A stretch of DNA of 63,588 nucleotides, filler included, from Hydrolagus affinis (lineage: Eukaryota): NCBI GenBank assembly GCA_012026655.1. It is 4 parts of 4 records of this genome, joined end to end, with 100 filler letters (N's around TTAATTAATTAA, not from the genome) between each part and the next. Parts side by side here need not be neighbours in the genome. Positions count along the whole stretch, not along the records: positions 20,859 to 36,877 come from JAAILG010017321.1; positions 36,978 to 51,549 come from JAAILG010019045.1; 2 more parts are not named here. One strand, given 5' to 3'. Positions 26,101 through 38,436 of the stretch are shown one piece after another. The number at the start of each line of letters is the position of its first letter. Position 1 is the first letter of the stretch. Both the position numbers and the translations under genes were made by a program. The notes under the pieces were generated by a model that was given only the letters and a program-made list of their open reading frames with translations, made no database searches and was not told where the DNA came from.

Positions 26101-27826
26101 TCAGGAGATCAAAATGAAATTAACATCTATAATCTTTGTATTCGACAAAGCGTCTTATCACATCTTTGAGACATTTCAATGAGTTTCACCAGACACATTG
26201 TCAATTGGATTGACTGTATATTGTATGGGTGAAAGTGGCAGACAATTGCGCACAGCAGCATCCGACAAATAGCCATGGATCGATTGACCAAACTATTATT
26301 TCCGTACTTTCCGGAAGCAATTATCATCTCCTGAAAAGCTATCCACCAATTCAGTAACAGGCAGGATCGTGCTCACTGCTGGCAAATAGAAGTGCGTGGG
26401 AGCAAAGAAACTTTCCTAACGTTATGTTTACTTGTCATTTTGGTTATTAGAGTCATAGAATTGTACATCATTGAAGATTCCACTGTTTCAGCACCGGCTT
26501 CTTAATAAAGCTATCAAGTCATCCCACTCCCCCCTCACATTCCTCTAGCCTTGCAAATGTGTTCTCCCCAAAAATCTTCTTTTGAAATCTATCTGAACGT
26601 AGTTGTCAAGTTGAAGATAAAAATACAGATTCTTTTAAAATTACTCTCTGTATATAAGACGTTCAGTGCCTTGGGACGATCTCCAAATGTAATTGTTTTT
26701 GCTTTTGTTGTTTACCTGTCAGCTTGCATTTACAAAGTGGGGCGAAGACAAGCAGCAGAAGTACAATCAGGAGAACCAGAGCAATGATCCCAATGGTGAT
26801 CAGAAGGTAGAAATAATTTACAGTGTGGAGAGAGACTGTGAGAGAGTGAGAGAGAGAGAGATAAAGACGATCCAATTACTTGGCACATTCATATCTGCCA
26901 ACCATTATACAAACATTCTCGTCCACAAACCTCTTTGAACATTTTTTGGAAGGAGGCAATATTACCTCGGGAATGGGATTTGCCAGTCGACCAACAAGTG
27001 GGTTAGTACTTACTGCTGGTAAACATATGTACGTTTGTATTTGGAATAAAGTTATATTATCGGCAGCTCTGAACATTTGTTATGAATGTAACGCTGTATT
27101 GCACTTTCTGTAGATTTCAAAGCGCTTCACAGGATACACTGTAAAGTGACTTGACTGTGTTTTGTAGGGGAAACTCGGCAGCCAATTGCGCATAGTGACA
27201 TCCTCACAAACATTCGTGGGTCAAAGAGATCCAACTATTACTTTTTAAACAATATATATTTTTAAGGTATTATGACCCACAGAACAGTAATCCACCAGTT
27301 GACTAACAAGCGGGTTCCAACTAACTGTTGGGTTAACAGAGGTTTATGTGCATTGTATGAGGAGTAATAATAGCAATAATAATCCTTGATTTGATATAGC
27401 TTATCAAAGCTTATCAACGTCTCAAAGCACTTCATGGAATGTACTGTGACGTGAATTGACTGTATATTTGCGGGCGAAATGCGGCAGCGAATTCCATAAC
27501 GCAGCGTCCCACAAACAGTCGTGGATTGAAAAATGACCTATTTTTGCCTAATTGATTTTTCATTGGAGGGATTATTATTAGGCGTGTGTGTGGAGTAAAC
27601 AAACTTGCCCCAGGTTTCGCCCTGATCTGGCTTGTTTCGAACTCAGACGAGTAAGTCGACTGCTCTAACTATTGAGCTACAGGACTCACAAGTAACGAAA
27701 CGTGTCCAAAGTTTCACCCTGACATGGTCGGGAAACGAACCCGGGTCATCTCATCACCAGCGATCTAACTACTGAGCTACAGGGACTTACTAATCTAGTT
27801 ATTAGATAATTAATGCGTACACTCAC

Positions 27827-28147
27827 CATCTCTCCTTTTCTCTGGGTACCTCACGCTCTTCTCTATAGTCTTCTCTGGAGACACTTGAGCAACACAGGTG
27901 CACATGGCACATTTGATCCAGATGTCCTTTGAGATGAGGATCTGACTCCTCAATCTGCAAGTGCCATCATGTTCGGACATCCCTTGATCACGCAGTCCCG
28001 CATTCACTTGTCCTGACACATTCCAGAAAACGGGAACCATATTGGGGGTCACTCCACTGACCAAACACACCAAGGGAACCGATTCAACCGAATCCAGGTG
28101 AACCCGAGGCACAAATAGTTGCAAGGATGACTTGTCTGTGAAACTCT
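27827..28147 (-). CDS. Gene A (left) C1-like domain exon
   Basis: 321 nt, open, phase 1-1; PLVCLVSGVTP..VFWNVSG..LRSQILI..W..CTC. Confidence 0.85.
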
Positions 28148-28927
28148 CTGAGGTGGGAGACAGACAATAGGAAATAGTAATGTCCACCTTCTCAGTTTTA
28201 CTGTTACTTGGGACAGTAACTTGGCAGCGCTCTCACTAGCAACAACTTACACATGAACTGGCACTCTTCAAGTCATTAGGGTGTCCCAGGGCGCTCTACA
28301 GTTATGGTTTTATGGACCTGAATTGGGAGTTGTGCTCAGGGGGTGGATGCAGGGCAGGCAGATTGGGTGTGGGAGAGTGTCTGAAGCAGAGGTCCTAGAG
28401 TTTGCTTTTTTTTTTAGAAAGGACCAGAATGGGGCAAGAGGGGTGGTTAAGGCGGAAGAGTTGTGGGACAGCCATGTTCTCAATAGACAAGATACTTGGG
28501 CTCAGCTGGTTAGTCTCCAGTAGTTACCCCAACGCACAATCTTGACCAACTCTCCAACCCAGCCTGCCTCCCGCAGCCCCATTTCAAAGCAATGGCACTC
28601 GCCATCCTTCGCCAAATGCTTCCGAGAGTTAGATAAGCAGTGTGCCCACCTTCAGGGAGCGAGTGAGCGAGCGTGCATTTTTTCCATAGAATCATAGAAT
28701 TATATGGCACAAAAGGAGGCCATTCGGCCCATCTAGTCTGTGCCGGCTCTTTGCACAGAGCAACTCAATCCCACTGCCCAGCTTTTTCTAACAGACCTGC
28801 TCTTCCTAAATAAAGATCTAGTTCCCTTTTAAAAGCTGTTATGGAATCCGCCTCCAGAATCTGTTTCTTACATGTATCTCTAGGTGGGATGTGCCCGTGT
28901 CCATCCCAATAAAGGTGGAATTCTTAC

Positions 28928-29245
28928 CTCCTACAAACAGAGTGGATGCATTCCGTAGAAGTTATGTATATTGCACAAAGCAATAGTATGAGCCAGAGTC
29001 ATTCCTCTGCGCATTACGGATTTTCAATTTAAACGCTCTGTTGACTATTTCAGCAGTAAATTTATAAGATGAGCCATTGCAGGATCCACTGTCGATCAGC
29101 TGTGGGGCTTCGCCATCAGTTTGCTTCTACAAAAGAACTTCTTGCACAGATACTGTCTCGAAGATTGAGTAGCACAGCACTTCAATACCCTCCCCGAACT
29201 TGACCATCTGGAGAAAGATGTACAGGGGTGGAAGAGGTATAGATG
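28928..29245 (-). pseudogene. Gene A (left) V exon with two in-frame stops
   Basis: 318 nt, same length as the right copy; TAG replaces TAC and TTG replaces the conserved Trp codon; second stop TAA in the CDR3-equivalent loop. Confidence 0.85.
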
Positions 29246-29899
29246 CTGAATGGGAAATAAAGCCGTATAAGTGAATTGAGAGTTTAAAGGAAGAAACATC
29301 ATTAAAAATAGAAAAACAAATTATATTTACACAACTATTGCCTTCCAAAGCTGGAGTACGTTCCAAAGGTCTGGATATGCAGGGCCTGCATCCGAGCTGA
29401 GGTTGATGATAAGGATAGAAGGAGGATCAGGAAGGTTGGAATAGGAGGGTGGTCAAAGGCATGATTGAACAGGAGGATCTTGGAGGAGGCAACACGACAG
29501 GGTGAGAAAAAGATAAATTGGCATGGAATTCCAATGGGTGGAAGCAAGAGGCTGAAGGCCTGATAGTCAATAGAAGGGCAGGGGAGGCAGGAGAAATACT
29601 GTAGGCAACAGCAATGTTATATAGAGCACCTCACATTGGTTAGCGCCCCAGAGTGCTTAAGAAAGTAAAATGTACAGAAAGCAGACAGTAACCGACAGAT
29701 AAAATCGTACCTCAGCAAAAAAAACATACATTCACTACCCTTTACCATGTGTTATGTGATGCACTTCGGTACATCTCGAATACAGGATAAGGATCTGTAT
29801 CAAATATAAGGATTATTATTATTGAGTGAGAGAAATAGATTCTGAACTCGAACCTGATCTTAATATTTACTGTTAAGACTGAAAGATCAATTGCATCAC

Positions 29900-30485
29900 A
29901 AGAACATAAGAACATAAGAATTGGGAGCAGGAGTGGGCCATCATAGCTGATCTTCTGACCCAACTCTAATTAACTGCCCTTTCCCCATATCCTAATCCCT
30001 GTATATTTTAAGAATCTATAGGTTCAGCCTTGAAAATGTTGAAGGAATGAGCATCTACAGCCTTCTGGGGTAGTGAATAAATTCACTACTCTTTGAGTGA
30101 AGATATGTTTCCTCAACTCTGTTCTAATAATTTTAAGACTGTGACCCCTGGTTATAGATTCTCCTACCAGGGGAAACAATCCCTCAGTGTCTACTTTATC
30201 CAGCCCTTTAAGAATCTTATATGTTTCAATATGATCTCCCCTAATTCTTCTGTACTCTAGAGAATACAGCCCCACTCTACTCAACCTATCCTCATAGGCC
30301 AGTCCCCTCATCCCAAGAACTAACAAGTGAATCTATGCTGCACCCCCTCTAAGGCAAGTATGTCCTTTATTAAGTAAGGAGACCAAAACTATATACAATA
30401 CTCTAGGTGCAGACTCACCAAGGCCCTATACAGTTGCAGCAAGACTTCCCTACCCTTGTACTCTAAACCTTTTGCGATGAACACT
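29900..30485 (-). mobile_element. CR1 LINE 3' fragment
   Basis: GMRGLAYEDRLSRVGLYSLEYRRIRGDHIETYKILKG. Confidence 0.8.
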
Positions 30486-32802
30486 AATTATTAGTTATTT
30501 TTCAATTCATATCTGGTTGCAAGACATGTGCGAGGACAGATTGTAAATTCTTTTTGTGTGTACACTATCCGTATTCTCGTGTTCTCTTCCTCGACTAAAC
30601 ACCTTTTCTTTCCTTGTCTGAATCTACGGTAAATAATTATTGCTTTCAAAATCTTTCTCTCCCTTCCTCCCCATGATCATGTTGTGCGTTTAAACTTACC
30701 AATTATCCAGGACAGCATGACAGAGAGAAGGACTGACGACAGTATGTTCGACATGATGAGTCAAGTGCTCTGACCAGTTTGCTATAGATAGCTCATGAGT
30801 TATTGAATGCAATGCGGAAACATTTTCTTTAGCGCATGCTTAAGATAGATGTCCATTATATGCCTGATCCCACGCATGAACACCTCACTGCAAGCTCTCT
30901 GTCTCACTGTGGTCAGACTTGACACAGTGATCATTACGAAACATTCCATGACGTACTGAGATCCGCCTTGGTCAAACAAGCCAATACTGTATATGCTTGA
31001 GATTATGGTGACCCATGCATTTGATACAATAATAATCATTTTATTCAGCACAGAGGTATTTTAAGACTTCGAGATGCCTTAACTAGCCTGATGTGGATTG
31101 AATATATATTTTGTTCACGAAACGTGGCAGCCAATTGTGCCAGTAGCATAATTCAATTGAGTGACCATATCATTAATGTTAACAACAATGCCTCACAACA
31201 GTGGATTCCAGGGCCGAGCCAGGGTAAGGGGGGTGGGGGGTGGGGTGGGCGGGGAGGGGTGCAGAGGAGAGGATGAATTTGAAAACAAGGGTGAGGATCC
31301 TGATTATTACCCCGAAAACAATCCACCAATTCAATAATTAATGGGTTTCTAAATAATACTAGGCAAAAACAGGCATTTGTGTGCAGTCAGAATATTGTTG
31401 CAACGTCTTGCCCTATCTTCAACTGGATTCTAACCAGGTCTTCTCGGTTGCTCATTAATTGTCCATAATTGCTCGCAAGGTTTGTGTCATGCTTTAATTG
31501 CATTAATTCATGGTAAATCGTACTTATGAATTTAAACTACTTATTCGCCTACCTAAATTGATGATTTTTAAATGCACCCAACAGAATGCTCAAGCAACAG
31601 AAAGGTTTAGACTACAATTCAGCACAATAAATCTGAGCTAATCACTTTCAATCATTCCTGATAGATACTCAACAAAGGACCAAAGTTCTTGATGGAAAAT
31701 TTGATCACCAATAATCTTTGCATTTAATGGAGCGATGGAATAATTGTGCCTTTGGTGTTAGGCAACAAAAGTAACAAGAAATTTGCACCTCAGCATCTCA
31801 TTAGATAGAAAATCTCAGGAGAATGGGAGATCATTCCATTTTAGAAAGAAAAATACGCATATTGGCTACAACATTTGGTTCTGTTTTGCTGCGATTCTGA
31901 AGAGCTTTATTTGCAGCAATGTGCTGGACGGAGTTGTGTTACCAAAACTCTCAATTACGTGTTGTTAATGGACGTGGAAAATTATGCTATTTTCACCACA
32001 TAACAGTAATATTCCATTGGGGTTGATAGAGTGCTCCATCATCAAGTCGTCTCAAACCTCCAGCCAAGTGTTCTTCTGTATTGTAGTTAATCTATTTCAA
32101 TTGAATTAATGCTTTTTATCGGCTGGTTTATAAATTCAGGGGAAATTATATGGTCGCTCAGTTCAACATAAGTGGCTAGATACTCAAACGAGATGATTAT
32201 AGGAACGATATTAATCATAATCATTGTGTTCAATACAGAGCCTTATCACATCTTCGCGATATCACAGAGTTCGGGATATAGCTCACAGTATATATTGTTA
32301 AGCGAATTGACAGTGTTTTTTGAGGTTAAATGAGGCAGCCAAGTTCGCCCAGTGACGTTCCATAAAGTGTCATGGATTGATTGGCCGAATTGATTTTTTT
32401 TTGTTATTGCCGTTGACTGACTAAAAGCAGTTTGACCGCATTCAGAACACACTCGAATTGTCATTAAATTGGTCACTGTATCAAGCCTCGCTTCATATGC
32501 ACATCTCGCTCACTGTTTGGAGGTGAGAGAAAACAAAGTAATATGATTGGATGCCCTTTACAGACCAGCCTGTACATGTGGGCGTTCAGTACACAAACAG
32601 GAAAACCACAAAAAATGTATTGACTGAAACAATGTACTTGTGCTTATCCTCAAGTTATTAATAAATATGCGGTTTTCCAATGTTGCTCTTTACGTCAAAC
32701 TTTCCAGCCCCCAAACTGACCATAATAGTATTATTCTAAGTGAGGGGAAAGTTTTGAGACACTCACAAACAGCTCAGAGCCACACACACAATGAGACTCT
32801 TA

Positions 32803-35800
32803 ATGATCTGTGTGCTCTCTCATCTTCTCCAAGGTTTGACTTCAATGTTCTCATCAGATCCAACAGTCAAGATAATAATCGTAGCTTTTTGTATGAAGAG
32901 TTTTGAAAAATATTTGCAGGATGTACTGTAAATTGTAGTTGCTGTGTACTTGTTCGCACACAGTATCGTCCCTCAAAAAGAAATAGGGTGAATGACCAAA
33001 TCTATCTGGGAGATAATGATACTAATTCTTGCATTTGACACAGCGACCCAACCCGTCTTCAAGACATCATAGCATTTCACTTGTTAAGAATATATACTGT
33101 CATGTGGATTATGTGTTAAACTCGGCAGCCGATATAACATATCCGGCAATTCACTTATAGTGTAAAGACGCCTAGATATAAAGACGCCTCGGAGAAATCA
33201 TGCTTATTATTATTGTTATTATATTTTGTGAAGTGTCTTGAGCTGGTTCAGAGACAATATTAAAATTGTTTATTATTAATAATATTACTTTTCATTCACC
33301 AGCAATTTATTTCCATGAATCAATGACTTGGCTATAATCTGACTCAATGTTTGACTTTATTTCAGTTGTGGTACCGCAGATGGCTTTGGAGCAGACTCCA
33401 GCATTGCAGACAATGGCGGTTGGGAACACTGTGAAGATTCATTGTTACAAGAGGATGCCGTCACTGGGCAGTGCTGTTGGATGGTTCAGACAGAGACACA
33501 ATGAGAAGCTAAAAAGAGTCTATACAGTATCACAAACCCATCCACATGGGATACAGGAGAAGAACAAACCTGATCGTTATCATCATATTTTCACCATTGA
33601 AAATGCTCAGAGAAATAATTCGGGGACATATTACTGTTCCACTAGCAATTTTACAAGTGGAAGCATTGTATTTGGGAATGGCTCCAAGGTCATAATTGCA
33701 GGTAAATTTCATCATACTATTTTTAGGAGAAATAATCACAATAACCTTTCCATCTGGATTAGAACCGGTCTATGTCTTCAAGACATCTTACTACGCTTCA
33801 CATGATACTGTGAGGTGACTGTAACTATAGTTTGTTAGCAAAACACGGCAGCCAATTGCGCACAGCAATGTCCCACAAATTGAGAGACCAATATATTGTT
33901 ATTATTGTTATGGAATTATTATCACCAGAGAAGTGATTTACAAATCAACTAATTACCCTATTTCCACTTGTTATTACATAAACAGAAGAGTGTGTGTGGA
34001 GTGCGAAAACTTGCCTAACATTTTGTCCTGATGGGAATTGAATCAAATTTATTTCGCTGGTGAGGTGATTGTTCTGATCACTCTGCAGGATACCATAAGA
34101 ATTTAAGAAACAGCAGGAGTGCATGCAGCTTTACCCGCCTATCTATAAGATCATTGCTGATCTGTATCTCAACACCAATTATGTTTTTGCCCCATCTCCC
34201 TTGATACACTGACAAAAATCTCTCGTGACGTGAAAGGCGCTCTATGCATAGAAATTTGTTATTTTTGTGGGTTGATAAGCTAGAGGACCTAATTTCAATT
34301 CCGAGGCAAGAAAGAATGAACTGTTGGGCCTGTTTCTTGACACTACTTATCAGCATTAAGTATGAAACCGGCCGTTATTCGATTGGTGGATTGCTATTCC
34401 GGGTATCATAATCTTTTAAACATAGAAGAATGTGAAATTGATCACCAAACCCAAGACTGTATGTTGGACACTGCGATTCTTGCACAGAATGCACAGATAC
34501 TACACTTATGGTGTGTAACTTATGAATCGGTTTGAGGTGGCTAGAAGACGTAAATATGCACTGTATGACATGCAAGGCCATATTACTATCGGAGGCTCTG
34601 GGGAATTATCATAAATTAATGATAATTTATGCGGATCTGTGTGCGCTTTGCGAATATGAATGTCCTCCCGACATGAAAGGCAATCCACAAATGCAATTTC
34701 ATTGTTCTTGCAATGTGTTGCTGTTGTCGTGTTGAATTGATTGTGTTCTGTTTCCTGGAAACAGATGGTCCCCCCAGGATATACATATTGTCTCCTCCAT
34801 CGGATGAGATCTTGTCAATGGACACAGTCCCGTTGATGTGTGTGGTCACTGGAGTGACACCAGGTTCCTCTCCCATCCTCTGGCGTGTGGCTGGACAGCA
34901 TATGGAGGGCCTGACTGATTCAGGCATCATAGAACCAGATGGGACCTACAGCATCAGAAGCCAGATCAACATCTCATTGGAGCTTTGGAAGAGCGGTGCT
35001 GTCTGTACCTGTATTCATTTCAACTCCACTGAAAACACTGGAAATCAAACTGCATCGTATCAGAAAGGTAACCAGCCACGGGGTTACCGATCTGTCCAGT
35101 TCCTAGTCTTTCCCCTCTGTAAGGACATAGGAACTTGCTGGTAGAAAGAAGACTAAGGTCCACCCATTTTGCTTTTCACCATCCACGTGAATTCCTACAG
35201 CTCAGCGGTTAGAGTGCTCACCTCGCAAGCGAGAGAACGCATTGTGTTTGATTCCCAGGTGGGACGGGGCAAAATGCTGGGCAAGTTTCCTTTATGACAC
35301 TCACGCCTCTGTTTACCTTGCAGCAAGTAGAAATCCGATTGTCTGTTGATTCGTGGGTTACTTTTCCAGGGGTAATAATCCTTTATGAATAGTTATATTT
35401 AAAAATAATTTCGTTGCTCAGTCCATAAAGTTGATGGGACATTGGTGTGAATAATTAGCTGCCACATTATGCCCACAAAATATACGGCCACACCACATTT
35501 TACTGTGAAGCATATTCAAACAATAATAACTTGCATTTGTCCAGCTCCCGTTATACAGGTTAGTGAATTAGAAGGCTAGAAAATGTCTCTTCAACCTTCT
35601 CTGCTCTCAGAAGAACAATCCCAGGTTTTCTCCTATCTCCACATAATCGATCTCGCCTTTGAGTCAGACGATTGTGCTGATCAAACCCCATGATTGATGC
35701 CATTTGATAAGTCTTGTCGATGTGCAGTCCCTGCCTCGTCTGAATAGGTTAATGTTACTGATACTGAACATAAACTTATAATAAGAACAACAATCACTGC

Positions 35801-36412
35801 ATTTAATCTAGTGCATACCGCAGATTCGAGACGTCCCATAGCGCTTCACCAAATATACTGCACTGTTAATTGACTGTATATTTTGTGGTGAAGCGTGGTG
35901 ATCTAATTGCGAACAGCAGTGTCTCACATGCAGTCGTGGCTTCAGTGCCAAATTAATATTATTGATAGTAAATAATAATAATAAACTCTGCATTCGATAT
36001 AGTTCTTTTTATATTTTCTAGCCGTCTTAAAACGTTTTACAGAAAATACCATTAAGGCAATTGAATGTATATTTGTGGTCACGACATGAGAGCAAATTGT
36101 GTACAGCAACGTCTTTCACAATCAACTGTGGATTGAAATGACCAATTTAAAAAAAAATTTTACTTGTAATTATTTTTAAAGTGATTGTTACCCGTCAAAA
36201 TGATCTGCCAACTATTCGCAGAGTGTGTTCTAACTACTGCACTACTTTAGTGTATTCTTGTAATGTGTAAATCATTTCTTTGCATTCCTCAGAATCTTCC
36301 GCATATCCAGACAACAGGGTTGTGCTGTATGCTATTCCAACCATAGCGTTCCTTGTGCTCCTTGGGATCCTCATTGTGGCTGTCAGAAAGATCACCCAGA
36401 ACTGCAAAACAG
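32803..36412 (+). CDS. Gene B, left copy: VJ-C1-TM receptor, open across all visible exons (tail exons not visible)
   Basis: Putative leader 32803-32833 (MICVLSHLLQ, low confidence), V 33366-33701, C1 34765-35067, TM 36293-36412; all phase 1-1 with GT-AG. Confidence 0.85.
33366..33701 (+). CDS. Gene B (left) pre-joined VJ exon
   Basis: 336 nt; ALEQTP..VKIHC..VGWFRQ..FTIENAQRNNSGTYYC..IVFGNGSKVII with a canonical FGxG J motif; no RSS seen. Confidence 0.9.
34765..35067 (+). CDS. Gene B (left) C1 domain exon
   Basis: 303 nt; PRIYILSPPSDEI..VPLMCVVTG..ILWRV..DGTYSIRSQINI..WKSGAVCTC resembles Ig constant domains. Confidence 0.9.
36293..36412 (+). CDS. Gene B (left) transmembrane exon
   Basis: (E)SSAYPDNRVVLYAIPTIAFLVLLGILIVAVRKITQNCKT; TTCCTCAG acceptor, GTAAGG donor; homolog at 40334-40447. 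Confidence 0.85.
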
Positions 36413-38436
36413 GTAAGGAATACGCTGTGCTCAAAGTAATATAGGGACAAGAGAAAGCCATACAGCCCATCAAGCCTGTTCCCATTATCCTAACCCACCC
36501 TACCACACTCCAGTACCCACTTCCCCTCGGCTGTCTCCAGACTGCTGTTTGTGCCAAGTCTCTTCAACTCCACCATTGGTGGCTGTGACTTCATAACTCA
36601 AACCTCCCTGGCACTCTCCCTCACTCATAACTCTCCTCCGCTTTGCCCCCTCCTTCCCCACTTTGAAATTCGGACGAAGCACTTTCTTTTTTGATCGTGC
36701 GTCTAATCAACAACAACAACAACAACAACAAATTACATTTATAGAGCGCCTTTCACGTCGGGAGGACGTCCCAAGGCGCTGCACAGGGGGAATGTGACCC
36801 GAGCTGGGAGGGGAGTGTTTGGGCGGGGGTGAAACACAAAGGGGAGGTCGAAGAATTTGGGGTGGAACAGAAGGCACNNNNNNNNNNNNNNNNNNNNNNN
36901 NNNNNNNNNNNNNNNNNNNNNTTAATTAATTAANNNNNNNNNNNNNNNNNNNNNNNNNNNNNNNNNNNNNNNNNNNNGTTCTGGATTGAAACGAACAATT
37001 TTATGACTGTGGGTTTTTTGGACGGAGTATTGTTTGGCGTATGGAGTAGGGAAATTTATCCAAGGTTTCGACCTCATCTGTTTGGATTCGAACACATGTC
37101 TCACGCTTGTTAGGCGAGTGCTCTTACCATTGAGTTACAGGAGCTCCACGATATGACATTCGCTTTCAATATTTTAGCAAAACAGTTTTAATTGTAATTT
37201 CCTTTAAATACTGCCCTTCACAAATGGTAGCTTCTCAAATGTGGAAAGCATGGTGATGCGTTTCTGTGTGGGTGAGACAAAAAGCTGATGAAAATAAACT
37301 CTATTTGAACTGGGATACAAATTTCCATCGAGAGTACATGATTTCTATATGGCTGATTCTGCACAATGATCATGCAGTGATTCTGCTCAGTGAAGCCTTC
37401 ACTATTTATATAAATCATGCGGGTATTTCGCTCTTGAATATCGTGTTGTTAGTGTGAGCTCCTGTGTGTGCCAAGCGGAGGGGGTGTTTAGGGGATGCCA
37501 ATTCCAATAATACACAGGATAAGTCGTATTTACTATCCGATTCTCGCTGCCTTTGGAATTCCTGGCAAGTTGTTTAAATGATTAATGTGTTACAGTAGTT
37601 TGCAGTAAAGTAAAGCTGCCAGCTTGATTCAACTTGAATCGCTTGCCCCAAAATATTAGAAAATTGTGTTTTCAGCCCCACATTGGAACACTGACCATTA
37701 ATGTAGGAGCAGTGATTTCAATAAGAACTTAGCGAGAATGTCAGATTCGACTTACTAAATGTTAAAGATGTTACGGCAACATTTATAAAGAGAAGCAAAT
37801 TTATTTGTGTTTCTTGGGCAATAGCACTGTTGCTTGAGTCAGTAGTTTCTGAACTAGAGAAGGCAGAAAAGAACAGATGAAGGTCAAGTCAGGCACGTCC
37901 AAGCCTTTGGTCACTGAGGTTTCTGGCGTTTTAACCAGAATTGTAAAATATAATCAATTCAGTATATTTTGTGAAATGCGTCGATGTAAGGTGGGTGGTG
38001 GTTATGAAGGGCTTTACATGTGAGTTCCAGGATCTTGAATTGGATTTACTAGATGATGGGGAGACAGTGCAGTCCAGCAAGAATGGGAGAGATGGTGTCA
38101 TGGAGTTTGGAACGGTAGAGGACACGGCCACAAAGTTCTGTATTAGCTGCAGCCTTTGGTGGGAGGAGTTAGGAAAAACAACAAACAGGGCATTTGCATA
38201 GGGGAGCCGGATGTTTTGAAGGCGTGAGTGAGGATTTTGACATCTTTGGGGTGAGGAACTGGCGGAGTCGGGCAATGTTGCGGAGATGGAGACAGGCAGA
38301 TCGAGTTACTGCTTGAAAGTGGTGAAAGAAGGAAAAGAGTTGGTTTGTAGGCAGAGTGAAACCGTGGAATGCAGAGCCGTGGTATGCCGTGAAGTTACAC
38401 AATCTCCACGGTTACCCCACATTCTCTGCGATGGCT

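Larger units (their letters stand above)
23018..30754 (-). pseudogene. Gene A, left copy: leader-V-C1-TM-4 cytoplasmic exons, ITIM receptor with nonsense codons in V
   Basis: Exons 30700-30754, 28928-29245, 27827-28147, 26716-26835, 26059-26086, 25639-25685, 25197-25231 and 23018-23104 chain with consistent phases (1,1,1,1,2,1,0); in-frame stops at 29127-29129 and 28962-28964. Confidence 0.85.
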
